Assembly (NCBI GenBank): GCA_050010515.1
Contig: JBEKKX010000027.1
Coordinates: forward strand, 1 to 32,131
Direction: 5' to 3'
DNA from: Candidatus Bathyarchaeia archaeon
Lineage (GTDB): Archaea; Thermoproteota; Bathyarchaeia; Bathyarchaeales; Bathycorpusculaceae
Length of the DNA stretch: 32,131 bases
Below are positions 16,119 to 25,102 of this stretch, in pieces. Within the stretch, counting starts at the first letter, position 1. Each line of letters starts with the position of its first letter. A model generated the notes under the pieces. That model worked only from the letters and a program-made list of their open reading frames with translations, searched no databases and was not told the origin of the DNA. The translations under genes and the position numbers were made by a program.

Positions 16119-18881
16119 ATGGCGCGAACACTATTAGATTATTTCGGTAACGAACAAACTAAACTTCTGCCAAAAGAAGAAGTAAAAGCGGAAGCTCCCC
16201 CCTCGTCCTCTCCAGCTAAAAACAATGAAGAAATGAAACAGGAAGAAGCGAAACAACTAAAAAAGAAAAGACCTATCGCCTTTCCGCCAGTGGCGCCTGA
16301 AAACCTGCCCGCTTCCTATTTTGTTTCAGCATCCTACGATGGACGCCAAAAAAAAGTGGTTATCAAACTTTATGAGCCTGAATCAGGACAAATCTATTTT
16401 TGGTATGATAATACTGGTCATAAACCCTACTGCTTAACCAACTTAACTTTAGATAAATTAAAAAAATTCGATCGGATAATAAACCATGAAGGTTTTTATG
16501 GTTTTGAAACACAAAAAAAGTTCGACCCCTTGGAAAATAAAGATGTTGACTTAATCAAAATAGTGACAAAAGACCCATTAGCCATCGGTGGAAGACCAGC
16601 AGGCACAATCAGAGACATAATTCCTGAAGATTATCAAAGCGTTTGCGGATGCAAAATACAGGATAGCGATACTAAAGTTTGGGAGTCAAAAATAAAGTAT
16701 TATCAATCATACATTTACGACCGGCAGCTTTTGCCTGGCATGATTTACGAGATTATAGACGGCGACCTTGTTCCTAAAGTTCTTGAGGAAGCCACAGAAA
16801 ACCTAAACCAAATAAAAAACCTCTTCAAAGAATGCACTGATGAAGAACGTGAATACGCTGAAATGTGGGCAAAACTCCTTGAGTACCCAGCCCCAAAGTT
16901 CCGCAGAGTAGCCATAGACATAGAGGTATATTCGCAACTATCCACAAGAATGCCTGACGCTCGGGAAGGCGCGTGTCCAGTAATCGCTGTGTCGGTTTAT
17001 AGTTCAGACGGCGAAAAAAGGGTCCTTGTTCTTAAGCGCGAAGGCGTGCGGGAAGGCAGCCATCACTTAGCTGCAGACATAAAAGTAGAGTATTGCGAAA
17101 CCGAGGAGGAACTGCTTAGAAAAACATTCGATGTCTTGTGGGATTACCCGTTCATTTTAACTTTTAACGGCGACGACTTCGACCTCCGCTACCTAACCCA
17201 CCGAGCAATGAACTTAGGCTTTAGAAGAAGTGAGATTCCGATAGAAATAGGCAAACGGGTCTGCTTGCTAAAATATGGCGTTCACATTGACTTATACAAG
17301 TTCTTTTTTAACAGGTCAGTCCAAATCTACGCTTATAGCAACCGCTACCGCGACGTAACCCTCGACGACGTCGGTTACGCCTTAATCGGTGTGGAAAAAA
17401 TACATTTAGAAAAAACGTTCGGAGACTTAACATATTCTGAACTTGCAGCTTACTGCCTGCGGGACTCAGAAATAACTTACAAACTAACTAGTTTTGATAA
17501 CGATTCAGCAATGAAACTAATCCTGGTGCTTGCCAGAATCGCAAGTATGCCCATGGAAGACGTAAGCCGTCAAGGTGTAAGCCGCTGGATACGCAACTTC
17601 ATGCATAGAGAACATCGAAGAAAGAATATGCTGATTCCAAATGCGGAGGACATTCTTACAAAGAAAGGCAAAACTTCCACCACAGCCACAATAAAAGGGA
17701 AAAAATACAAAGGCGCCATAGTTGTTGAACCCACACCTGGTGTTCATTTTAACGTTTCAGTCATGGACTTTCCAAGCCTATACCCCTCAATAATTAAAGT
17801 GTGGAACCTAGGCTACCAGTCAATTGATTGCCAACATAACGAATGCAAATGCCACATGATACCGGACACGCCGCATTGGGTTTGTAGTGAGAAACGGGCG
17901 CTAGAAAGTTTACTGATTGGTTCACTGCGAGATTTACGGGTAAAATGGTATAAGCAGCGTTCAAAAGATCGAACCTTGCCACCTGAGCTTAGAAGCTGGT
18001 ACAACACCACGCAGGGAGCGCTTAAAGTCATTTTAAACGCTAGTTACGGAGTCTTTGGCGCCGAAAGCTTCGATTTGTATTGTCCGCCAGTAGCGGAAGC
18101 AACGGCAGCCATAGGCAGGTACTCTATCACCCAAATACTCAAGCACGCTGAAGCGGTTGGCATACAGGTTCTCTACGGCGACACGGACAGCTTATTTTTG
18201 AAAAACCCCTCTAAAGAGCAAATCGAAGAATTAGTCCGTTACACAGAACATGAATTAAACATGGGCATCGACGTCGACAAAGTTTACAGGTACGCTGTAT
18301 TTAGTTCACGCAAAAAGAATTATCTCGGCGTCTTGGAAGACGGCACCGTGGATGTGAAGGGCTTAACTGGTAAGAAAAAACACATCCCTGTCTTTATCAA
18401 AGATGCTTTTAACGAAATGAAAGAGACACTTGCACGAGTTAAAAATCCATCTGACTTCGAAAAAGCCAGAAAAGAAATTGCCGAAATAATCCGTGAACGC
18501 TACACACGGCTAAAACGTAGAGAATGGGTTGACATTAGTGAGCTTGCGTTTCATGTAGCTTTAGGCGATGAACTTTCAAGTTATACTAAAACTACGCCTC
18601 AACATGTGAAAGCCGCAAGAATTTTACAGAAAAGCGGCAAAGAGTTAAGAGCGGGGGACTTGATTAGTTTCGTTAAAGTTATACGCTCGTCGTCTCGTGG
18701 TAGTTCCTTGGAAGATTCCAACTCTGGTGTGAAACCCGTTGAGTTAACATCAAGAAACGAGGTAGACGTTGACAAATACGTTGCCTATTTGCATTCTACT
18801 TTTGACCAGGTTTTGGATGCTTTAGGCTTAAGTTTTGACGAAATTATCGGCTTAACAAAACTTGAAAGATTCCTTGCCTAA
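16119..18881 (+). CDS. polB1: Family B DNA polymerase, PolB1 type
   Basis: Exonuclease motifs DIE, FNGDDFD, YCLRD. Polymerase motifs DFPSLYPS, KVILNASYG, YGDTDS, KKNY. GHKPY/DPLA/WESKIKYY N-terminal domain as in crenarchaeal PolB1. No intein. Confidence 0.96.
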   Translation: MARTLLDYFGNEQTKLLPKEEVKAEAPPSSSPAKNNEEMKQEEAKQLKKKRPIAFPPVAPENLPASYFVSASYDGRQKKVVIKLYEPESGQIYFWYDNTGHKPYCLTNLTLDKLKKFDRIINHEGFYGFETQKKFDPLENKDVDLIKIVTKDPLAIGGRPAGTIRDIIPEDYQSVCGCKIQDSDTKVWESKIKYYQSYIYDRQLLPGMIYEIIDGDLVPKVLEEATENLNQIKNLFKECTDEEREYAEMWAKLLEYPAPKFRRVAIDIEVYSQLSTRMPDAREGACPVIAVSVYSSDGEKRVLVLKREGVREGSHHLAADIKVEYCETEEELLRKTFDVLWDYPFILTFNGDDFDLRYLTHRAMNLGFRRSEIPIEIGKRVCLLKYGVHIDLYKFFFNRSVQIYAYSNRYRDVTLDDVGYALIGVEKIHLEKTFGDLTYSELAAYCLRDSEITYKLTSFDNDSAMKLILVLARIASMPMEDVSRQGVSRWIRNFMHREHRRKNMLIPNAEDILTKKGKTSTTATIKGKKYKGAIVVEPTPGVHFNVSVMDFPSLYPSIIKVWNLGYQSIDCQHNECKCHMIPDTPHWVCSEKRALESLLIGSLRDLRVKWYKQRSKDRTLPPELRSWYNTTQGALKVILNASYGVFGAESFDLYCPPVAEATAAIGRYSITQILKHAEAVGIQVLYGDTDSLFLKNPSKEQIEELVRYTEHELNMGIDVDKVYRYAVFSSRKKNYLGVLEDGTVDVKGLTGKKKHIPVFIKDAFNEMKETLARVKNPSDFEKARKEIAEIIRERYTRLKRREWVDISELAFHVALGDELSSYTKTTPQHVKAARILQKSGKELRAGDLISFVKVIRSSSRGSSLEDSNSGVKPVELTSRNEVDVDKYVAYLHSTFDQVLDALGLSFDEIIGLTKLERFLA

Positions 18882-19754
18882 TTATAATAATTGAATAAGT
18901 ACACCAATTAGCGTAAAAATTCCAACTATCAAAGCTATTATTCCAACCACTTGCTTCTCAGTTAATGGCCGATGATAAGTTATCACTGTAATTAGACTTC
19001 TTCTATGGTCAGACGAAAGCTTTTCTCCATCAAACGAAACTTTAGCTTTTTTACGTGTAAAGAAAACCATCAACAGTATTATTGCAGAATTGAAAATGTA
19101 AGGCAGAATTGAAACTAGCAAGCTCAATTTTAAGTCAGAAATCACGGCGAATGACGCTATCGTTATTCCTATGGCGAAGGAGCCTGAATTTCCCACGAAA
19201 ACTTTACCTTGAAAGTTGAAGTAGGCTAAAATTAGCCAGAATATCAAGGGACCAACCATTAGACTGTATAATGGTGATACAGCCATTAACCCTAAGATAA
19301 CTATGGCTGGGCATATTGTTTCTAGTCCATTCAACCCACCCAGCTGGTTTACAGTATTTGTAACAATCATAACGATTAGTGGAATAATTACATAGAAGTA
19401 TATTGAACCGAACTGTATTGTTCCAATGAATGGTAACGCTATAGATGTTCTTGCGCCTGTTTCTTTTGCGTAGTATATGAGAGGTAATGCTGCAATTAAG
19501 GGCATGAATGCTTTGTAACGCCATTTCAAATCTATCCAGTCATCAAGCAAGCCCATGAAACCTCCGAAAAGAATGCATGCCGCTAGGATTAATGGTGCTG
19601 AAATGGGTGCGGAAACGTTTGCTGGGCTCTTTATGAGATCTGAGAAATAGAGAAGAAAAAGGTAAACAGTAGTGAATAGGACGTAAAGTACGCCTAAACC
19701 GTTGGAAATTAAAGGTTGCCCAACTTTATGCTGATCTGGAACCTTTGGAAACAC
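18882..19754 (-). CDS. aglH: Polyprenyl-phosphate HexNAc-1-P transferase (MraY/GPT/AglH family)
   Basis: D.HK...P, GLLDD, NTVNQLGGLNGLE, VFVGNSG and multiple TM helices. Lies 29 nt downstream of aglB on the same strand. Confidence 0.85.
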   Translation of the reverse strand: MFPKVPDQHKVGQPLISNGLGVLYVLFTTVYLFLLYFSDLIKSPANVSAPISAPLILAACILFGGFMGLLDDWIDLKWRYKAFMPLIAALPLIYYAKETGARTSIALPFIGTIQFGSIYFYVIIPLIVMIVTNTVNQLGGLNGLETICPAIVILGLMAVSPLYSLMVGPLIFWLILAYFNFQGKVFVGNSGSFAIGITIASFAVISDLKLSLLVSILPYIFNSAIILLMVFFTRKKAKVSFDGEKLSSDHRRSLITVITYHRPLTEKQVVGIIALIVGIFTLIGVLIQLL

Positions 19755-19783
19755 TGGTCGCTTCCCTGCTCTCTTGCAATATT

Positions 19784-22105
19784 TTAGCCTGTGCCTGTTG
19801 TGCCCGTCGCGCTATAGTATGCTGGGTAGTCAATTTTGTATATGGCTACTAACGGTACTAATCCGCCGTACTGGAATGGTGACGTATTTAGGCCAGCGAA
19901 GTAAGCTTCTGTGAAGTACGTTGGCGTTGTAGTTGTTGTGCTTGGCGTAATGCTAATTTGTCCTGTGGCAGTCCATTCGTTGCAATATGTTACCTCTGCA
20001 TAGTTCATCAATTCGTATATTGTACAGTTATCTCCTTGGTTGTTCCAGTTCCACTGTCCAGTTTGATTATTAGCGCTGCCGAAGTTTCTTTCATCCTTCC
20101 ATACTGTTGATGTTGCTGCATTCATGTAACCATGTTGTATATACCATTGCTCTATTGTTCCTGAAATGCTTGCCATCCACGGCCATTTTCCTTCATCTCC
20201 ATATCCGGAAGGAATTGCAGTGTATCCTGTGCCGCTGCTTGACGTTTGTAATTGGAGGACGGTGAAGACGAGGATGTAGTTGACCCGTCCAGGATTATTA
20301 TAGTTCTCATATTTAGACAGCATTTGCATTGACTGGTTTTCATTGCCCATCATTATGAAGCCTACGTTTTCGATTTGTGTGGTATTGTACGTAGTGTTAT
20401 CGCACAAAGTTGTTACGTTTCCAAGATTGGTTAACCAGTCGCCGTAGTCCCACCAAGCAACTACCACATTATTCGAGGGAACGTTGCTTTTCAGCCAACT
20501 TAACGCGTCAAGCCATGTACTCACTGGTTCAGTAAGGCTTGCGCCCCCTATTGGAAGGCTTGATGCACTAATTGCTGTTGGCACGAAAGATGAGTCGATG
20601 GCTCTTGGCACTCCGCCAGTTTGTGGTGAGAAAGCCACTTCCGTCATCAGAATAAGGAATATCAGAAAGACTGCGACACCGCTGTATTCCTTACTTACAC
20701 GTGCCATTCTACGTTTTGTTTTTGCCAGAGCATGTGGCGCTTCCTTCAGTAAAGTGTAAAACGGTTGTATTAGGCCCAGAACACCTATTCCTGCTATGAT
20801 GCAGAAGGCTGGAGCAAAAATTGCCAGTAAGCGAATCATTGAAGCAGCAAAGAAAAGCGAAGTTACAGCGAAAACTATTAGGAAAATGTTTCTGGTTGTT
20901 GGATTTTTTAATACAAAGTAAAAGCCAATGAGGAAGAATAGGATGCCTACGCCAAGCTCGACGTAAATGTTTCCCCAAGCTGTAATTTGCTGTTCAGCCA
21001 CTGAATTAATAATAGGTGAACTTGCCCGGATAAAGGGGTCTAAGACTGTACTGAATTTTCCTTGAAGGCCACTGCCAGTAATGAATCCAGTTGCATATAG
21101 TGTAGAAAAACCGCCGACAATTATAACCAGTGAGGCAATTGCGAGAAGCACCTTGCTCCTCAAAGTTATATTGTTTCTTAAAAGTTCTGCAATGAGAAGT
21201 AAAACGAATCCTACAGCGACTGGAATTACTGCACCTGACGTCAAGTAGGTAAGTCCCAGATAGGGAACTATTGCTGCTATGTATAATGCTAAGCCAAAAG
21301 TTATGCTGTAGCTAAGCAGAAGCCGTTGATTATACCTCTTCAATAGAACTACAACAAAAACGAATAGTACGGTCATGTCAATCATGTAGTATGCTCCGCC
21401 CCAACCTGCTATGAAATAAGCTAAGGCAGCAGCAGCGCTTAACGAGTACAATATGGATGCACGTAATGACCTATTGTTATCAATAGATCTTAGGAATAAG
21501 AATACAAATAATATAAGACCAATCGTACCCGGGACTTGTGTATCAAAGAATCCAAGAGATGTTCTTTCGATGATTGAAGGTTCTAACGCCAGGAATAACG
21601 CAGATATTAAACCGACCGTTCTTCCACCAATGTCCTTGCCTAAGAAATAAATTACCAGAACTGAAAGCACACCAACAATGGGCGGTACCATTGCGCAAAG
21701 TGTCATTAAATTAACGTTTGCTCCTAACGCTGTGATGACATCGTAGATTGCTGCTCCTGTTATAGGTATAGATGGCAAAGCGGTAGACATGTCAAGTCCG
21801 AAAGGATACCACAGCTGATGGTTGACCCAATGCGTCGGCCAAAAAGGTGAAAGCAAACCGTGAGTTACCATGTATTGTGTTACGCTGAATTGATAGTAGG
21901 GGTCAAACTCGTTAAGAAGTGATGTTCCTCCGGAGAGATTTTCCCAGCGTAAAGGTAAAATGCGGACAATAAAGGCGACGAAGAGTATTAGAGCTAACGC
22001 AGAATATGCGATTATTTGTCCGTGACTTAGTTCGATGCGTAATGGTGCCAGCCTTTTACTAAGCCGATCTTTAATTCCTTCCCCCACTTCAAGCCATCTC
22101 TCCAA
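19784..22105 (-). CDS. aglB: Oligosaccharyltransferase catalytic subunit AglB/STT3
   Basis: EFDPYY, GFFD, SVAE, WWDYG, DNTT, DEGKWPWM (DK motif) and many TM segments. Confidence 0.96.
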   Translation of the reverse strand: MERWLEVGEGIKDRLSKRLAPLRIELSHGQIIAYSALALILFVAFIVRILPLRWENLSGGTSLLNEFDPYYQFSVTQYMVTHGLLSPFWPTHWVNHQLWYPFGLDMSTALPSIPITGAAIYDVITALGANVNLMTLCAMVPPIVGVLSVLVIYFLGKDIGGRTVGLISALFLALEPSIIERTSLGFFDTQVPGTIGLILFVFLFLRSIDNNRSLRASILYSLSAAAALAYFIAGWGGAYYMIDMTVLFVFVVVLLKRYNQRLLLSYSITFGLALYIAAIVPYLGLTYLTSGAVIPVAVGFVLLLIAELLRNNITLRSKVLLAIASLVIIVGGFSTLYATGFITGSGLQGKFSTVLDPFIRASSPIINSVAEQQITAWGNIYVELGVGILFFLIGFYFVLKNPTTRNIFLIVFAVTSLFFAASMIRLLAIFAPAFCIIAGIGVLGLIQPFYTLLKEAPHALAKTKRRMARVSKEYSGVAVFLIFLILMTEVAFSPQTGGVPRAIDSSFVPTAISASSLPIGGASLTEPVSTWLDALSWLKSNVPSNNVVVAWWDYGDWLTNLGNVTTLCDNTTYNTTQIENVGFIMMGNENQSMQMLSKYENYNNPGRVNYILVFTVLQLQTSSSGTGYTAIPSGYGDEGKWPWMASISGTIEQWYIQHGYMNAATSTVWKDERNFGSANNQTGQWNWNNQGDNCTIYELMNYAEVTYCNEWTATGQISITPSTTTTTPTYFTEAYFAGLNTSPFQYGGLVPLVAIYKIDYPAYYSATGTTGTG

Positions 22106-22468
22106 ACATTAATTTCGATTTCTTGTTTAATTCTTAATTTATACACATTGGACGTTTATTTATGGCTTTCCAAAATGAACTAACATAGCTTGGTGGCTAA
22201 TGTAGTTTGATTATATTGCAATATAATCCCATAGCCAAACTATATAGCCTTTTTTTTAACCAACCTCTAAATTTCCAGCTTAAACAGGCAAAAAGTCGCC
22301 AGAAACCCTTAAAGGGCAATCAACAATAACCGTATTTTTCTTCGCTTTGAACCCTGTTTTGTACAGACGTTGCACAACTTACAGGAACTTACCATTCTGG
22401 TTTTGGTCGCTTTTTCTCAATGCTCTTCAGGTAGGTTTTATCGAAGCTTTTGGTGAGTGTTTCCTAGT

Positions 22469-22642
22469 CTATCGACGCTTGTATATGGGTTTAACTTCAA
22501 CATCTATAGGTAACAATGAAAGTTTCCTATCGCACTTTGGGCATTTTCCATTATTTTGCGAAATAATTTCGTCTGGCGGTTTAAGCTCACTGCCTTCATA
22601 TAAAACATGATTGCATCCATGGCAAATTACTCGTTGCGGCAT
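22469..22642 (-). CDS. Small zinc-ribbon protein (57 aa, absent from ORF track)
   Basis: MPQRVICHGCNHVLYEGSELKPPDEIISQNNGKCPKCDRKLSLLPIDVEVKPIYKRR has two CxxC pairs. Divergent from topA. Confidence 0.85.
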   Translation of the reverse strand: MPQRVICHGCNHVLYEGSELKPPDEIISQNNGKCPKCDRKLSLLPIDVEVKPIYKRR

Positions 22643-22799
22643 CCCAAATCCCCCAAATCCCCGATAATAACATGCTATGGCATATTTATTGGTTGCTAAA
22701 AAAAATTAACCTTTAGCTAAGACTGTGCTTGTCAAGTAACTGCAAAGTTTATTTTAAGAGGGACTATTTGGAATGTTAAAGCATGTGGTTTAACAGCCT

Positions 22800-24875
22800 T
22801 TGGAAAAATACAAGTTAATTGTTACTGAAAAACCTGATGCCGCAAACAGAATAGCTATGGCTTTGGACACCGATGGAAAAGCCAAAAAAATAGTTGATAG
22901 CGGCGTTCCATATTATCAAGCATACAGAAACGGCAATTTAGTTGTTGTTCCAGCAATTGGGCATCTATACACTGTTGCAAGCAAGGAAAAAACTAAACGG
23001 GATTATCCAGTTTTCGATTATCACTGGGTTCCAAGATACCTTGCTGAACGGGGCGCATCAAAGATCCGTGTTTGGCTAAATGTAATTGCTAAACTAGCAG
23101 AAAACGCTGAAGAGTTTGTAGATGCTTGCGACTTTGACATTGAAGGCAGCATCATAGGCTACTGTATACTCAAGTACGCTTGCGGTAGCAAGGAAAAAAC
23201 TGCCAAACGCATGAAATACTCCACACTCACAAAAGAGGAACTGCAAGAATCTTACGCTCACTTATTGCCGCATTTGGATTTTGCTCTTGTTGAAGCTGGA
23301 TTGACAAGGCATGAAATAGATTGGCTCTACGGCATAAACCTGTCTAGAGCCTTAACAATGGCTGTGAAAAGCAGCAGTGGACAATATGCTACACTCAGCA
23401 CTGGTAGAGTGCAAGGGCCAACCCTCAAATTTTTAGAAGATCGAGAAAAAACCATAAAGTGCTTCGTGCCCGTTCCCTACTGGAGCATAACCGCTAAAAT
23501 AATCATAAACGACACAGCATACGAAGCTGAATACGAAAAAATCCTCGAAAGCAAGCAAGAAGCAACGGCAGTAATGGATGCCTGTAAAACCAAAGAAGGT
23601 CAAATAGAAACAATAGCTGTAAAAGAGTTTGAGCAGAACCCACCGTTACCCTTTGACTTGGGCGCTTTGCAAAGTGAAGCTTACAGAAATTTCCGTTTTA
23701 TGCCGATGCGTACTTCAAACATAGCTCAGCACCTGTACTTAGATGCATTAATCTCTTATCCGAGAACAAGTAGTCAAAAGCTTCCGCCAGCAATCGGCTA
23801 CGAAGCCGTATTAAGAAAACTAGCTAAACTGCCTGCTTACGGAAAACAGGCAGCTGACCTGCTCTCTAAACCAGTTTTGAAGCCAAATGAAGGAGAAAAA
23901 GCCGACCCAGCGCATCCAGCCATTTACCCGACTGGGAACCTGCCTGAAAAACCCCTTGGCACAGTTGAAAGAAATATTTTCGATCTTATCATACGCAGGT
24001 TTATGGCTGTTTTCGGTGAGCCTGCCATTCGCCAAAGCACGAAAGCAACAATTAGCATCAGCGGGAATCTTTTTCACTTGAACGGAACGCGAACGTTAAG
24101 TGAAGGATGGCTTCGATTTTACAAACCTTATGTTCAACTGAAAGATGTGACTTTGCCCTCCTTAACTCAGGGACAAAAAATCGCTGTTAAACGAGTAGTT
24201 GTGAAAAATAATTTTACTAAACCGCCGGCAAGGTATAACCCTCGCAGTTTACTTTTGAAAATGGAAAAAGAGGATATAGGAACCAAAGCGACGAGGGCAG
24301 CAACCATACAAACGTTGTACGACCGCAAATACCTCTACGGAACCGATAGTCTTGCCGTTTCTGACCTTGGCTTTGAAGTCATCGACATCCTGGTAAAGTA
24401 TTGTCCAACCGTTGTCTCACCTGAACTAACTAGAAAGCTTGAGGAGAAGATGAATGAAATCCAGCAAGGAAAAGAAACAAAAGAAGCTGTATTGCAAAAC
24501 GCCGTTGAAATCTTAAAGCCAGTCCTATTAGAGCTCAAAGAAAAAGAATCAGTTATAGGCGAACAATTAAGTCAAGCGTTGAAAAAAGCTCGGCTTGAAG
24601 AAAGAATAGTTGGTGCATGCCCGAAATGTGCTGATGGAAAACTAGTTATTTTGCGCTCCAAAAAAACTGGTAAACGTTTTGTTGGCTGTACAAACTATTT
24701 CGAAGGTAAATGCAACGTGACTTTTCCGCTACCTCAAACTGGCAATGTAAAACCGTTAAATACCACTTGCAAAAGCTGTGGGTGCCCCATATTGCGTGTG
24801 TACCTGAGAGGGAAGAGGTCTTGGAAATTATGCCTAAATCCTAACTGCCCCTCAAAAGGAGCGAGCAACCAGTGA
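22800..24875 (+). CDS. topA: Type IA DNA topoisomerase (archaeal TopA/Topo III) with C-terminal zinc fingers
   Basis: TOPRIM motifs EKP, GHL, DFDIEG. Also GRVQGPTL, catalytic ISYPRT, HPAIYPT, GTKATR and C4 zinc fingers. Confidence 0.97.
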   Translation: MEKYKLIVTEKPDAANRIAMALDTDGKAKKIVDSGVPYYQAYRNGNLVVVPAIGHLYTVASKEKTKRDYPVFDYHWVPRYLAERGASKIRVWLNVIAKLAENAEEFVDACDFDIEGSIIGYCILKYACGSKEKTAKRMKYSTLTKEELQESYAHLLPHLDFALVEAGLTRHEIDWLYGINLSRALTMAVKSSSGQYATLSTGRVQGPTLKFLEDREKTIKCFVPVPYWSITAKIIINDTAYEAEYEKILESKQEATAVMDACKTKEGQIETIAVKEFEQNPPLPFDLGALQSEAYRNFRFMPMRTSNIAQHLYLDALISYPRTSSQKLPPAIGYEAVLRKLAKLPAYGKQAADLLSKPVLKPNEGEKADPAHPAIYPTGNLPEKPLGTVERNIFDLIIRRFMAVFGEPAIRQSTKATISISGNLFHLNGTRTLSEGWLRFYKPYVQLKDVTLPSLTQGQKIAVKRVVVKNNFTKPPARYNPRSLLLKMEKEDIGTKATRAATIQTLYDRKYLYGTDSLAVSDLGFEVIDILVKYCPTVVSPELTRKLEEKMNEIQQGKETKEAVLQNAVEILKPVLLELKEKESVIGEQLSQALKKARLEERIVGACPKCADGKLVILRSKKTGKRFVGCTNYFEGKCNVTFPLPQTGNVKPLNTTCKSCGCPILRVYLRGKRSWKLCLNPNCPSKGASNQ

Positions 24876-25102
24876 AATGCAAAATTTGCAGTAGAGAAGC
24901 ATAAGAAAATGTTTTCTGCATATTGCATTTTAGGGCTTACCAAAATGTTATTGAGAAATTTGATATATGGATGATGAAAGCTTCTGGTATGTTTTTTTTG
25001 GGTTGATTATTTAGTTGAGATTCAGAAAAATTCATTAACTGGAGAATGGGCTAAAGATGTAGTAAACACCTGATCAAGGAGGACAATGGAAATGGCAAGT
25101 AA
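24872..25102 (+). pseudogene. Disrupted small CxxC...CxxH protein translationally coupled to topA
   Basis: GTGA overlap with the topA stop. Reads MKCKICSREA*ENVFCILHFRAYQNVIEKFDIW..., then after a frameshift in T8 (24992-24999) WVDYLVEIQKNSLTGEWAKDVV, then after a second shift HLIKED. Confidence 0.65.

Noticed and set aside
22347-22610. 87-aa plus-strand ORF
   Set aside because: Antisense to the more convincing zinc-ribbon gene at 22469-22642.
24902-24904. In-frame stop as recoding (Sec/Pyl) or an alternative genetic code
   Set aside because: The stop is TAA, it comes with two frameshifts, and TAA terminates many intact genes in this window.
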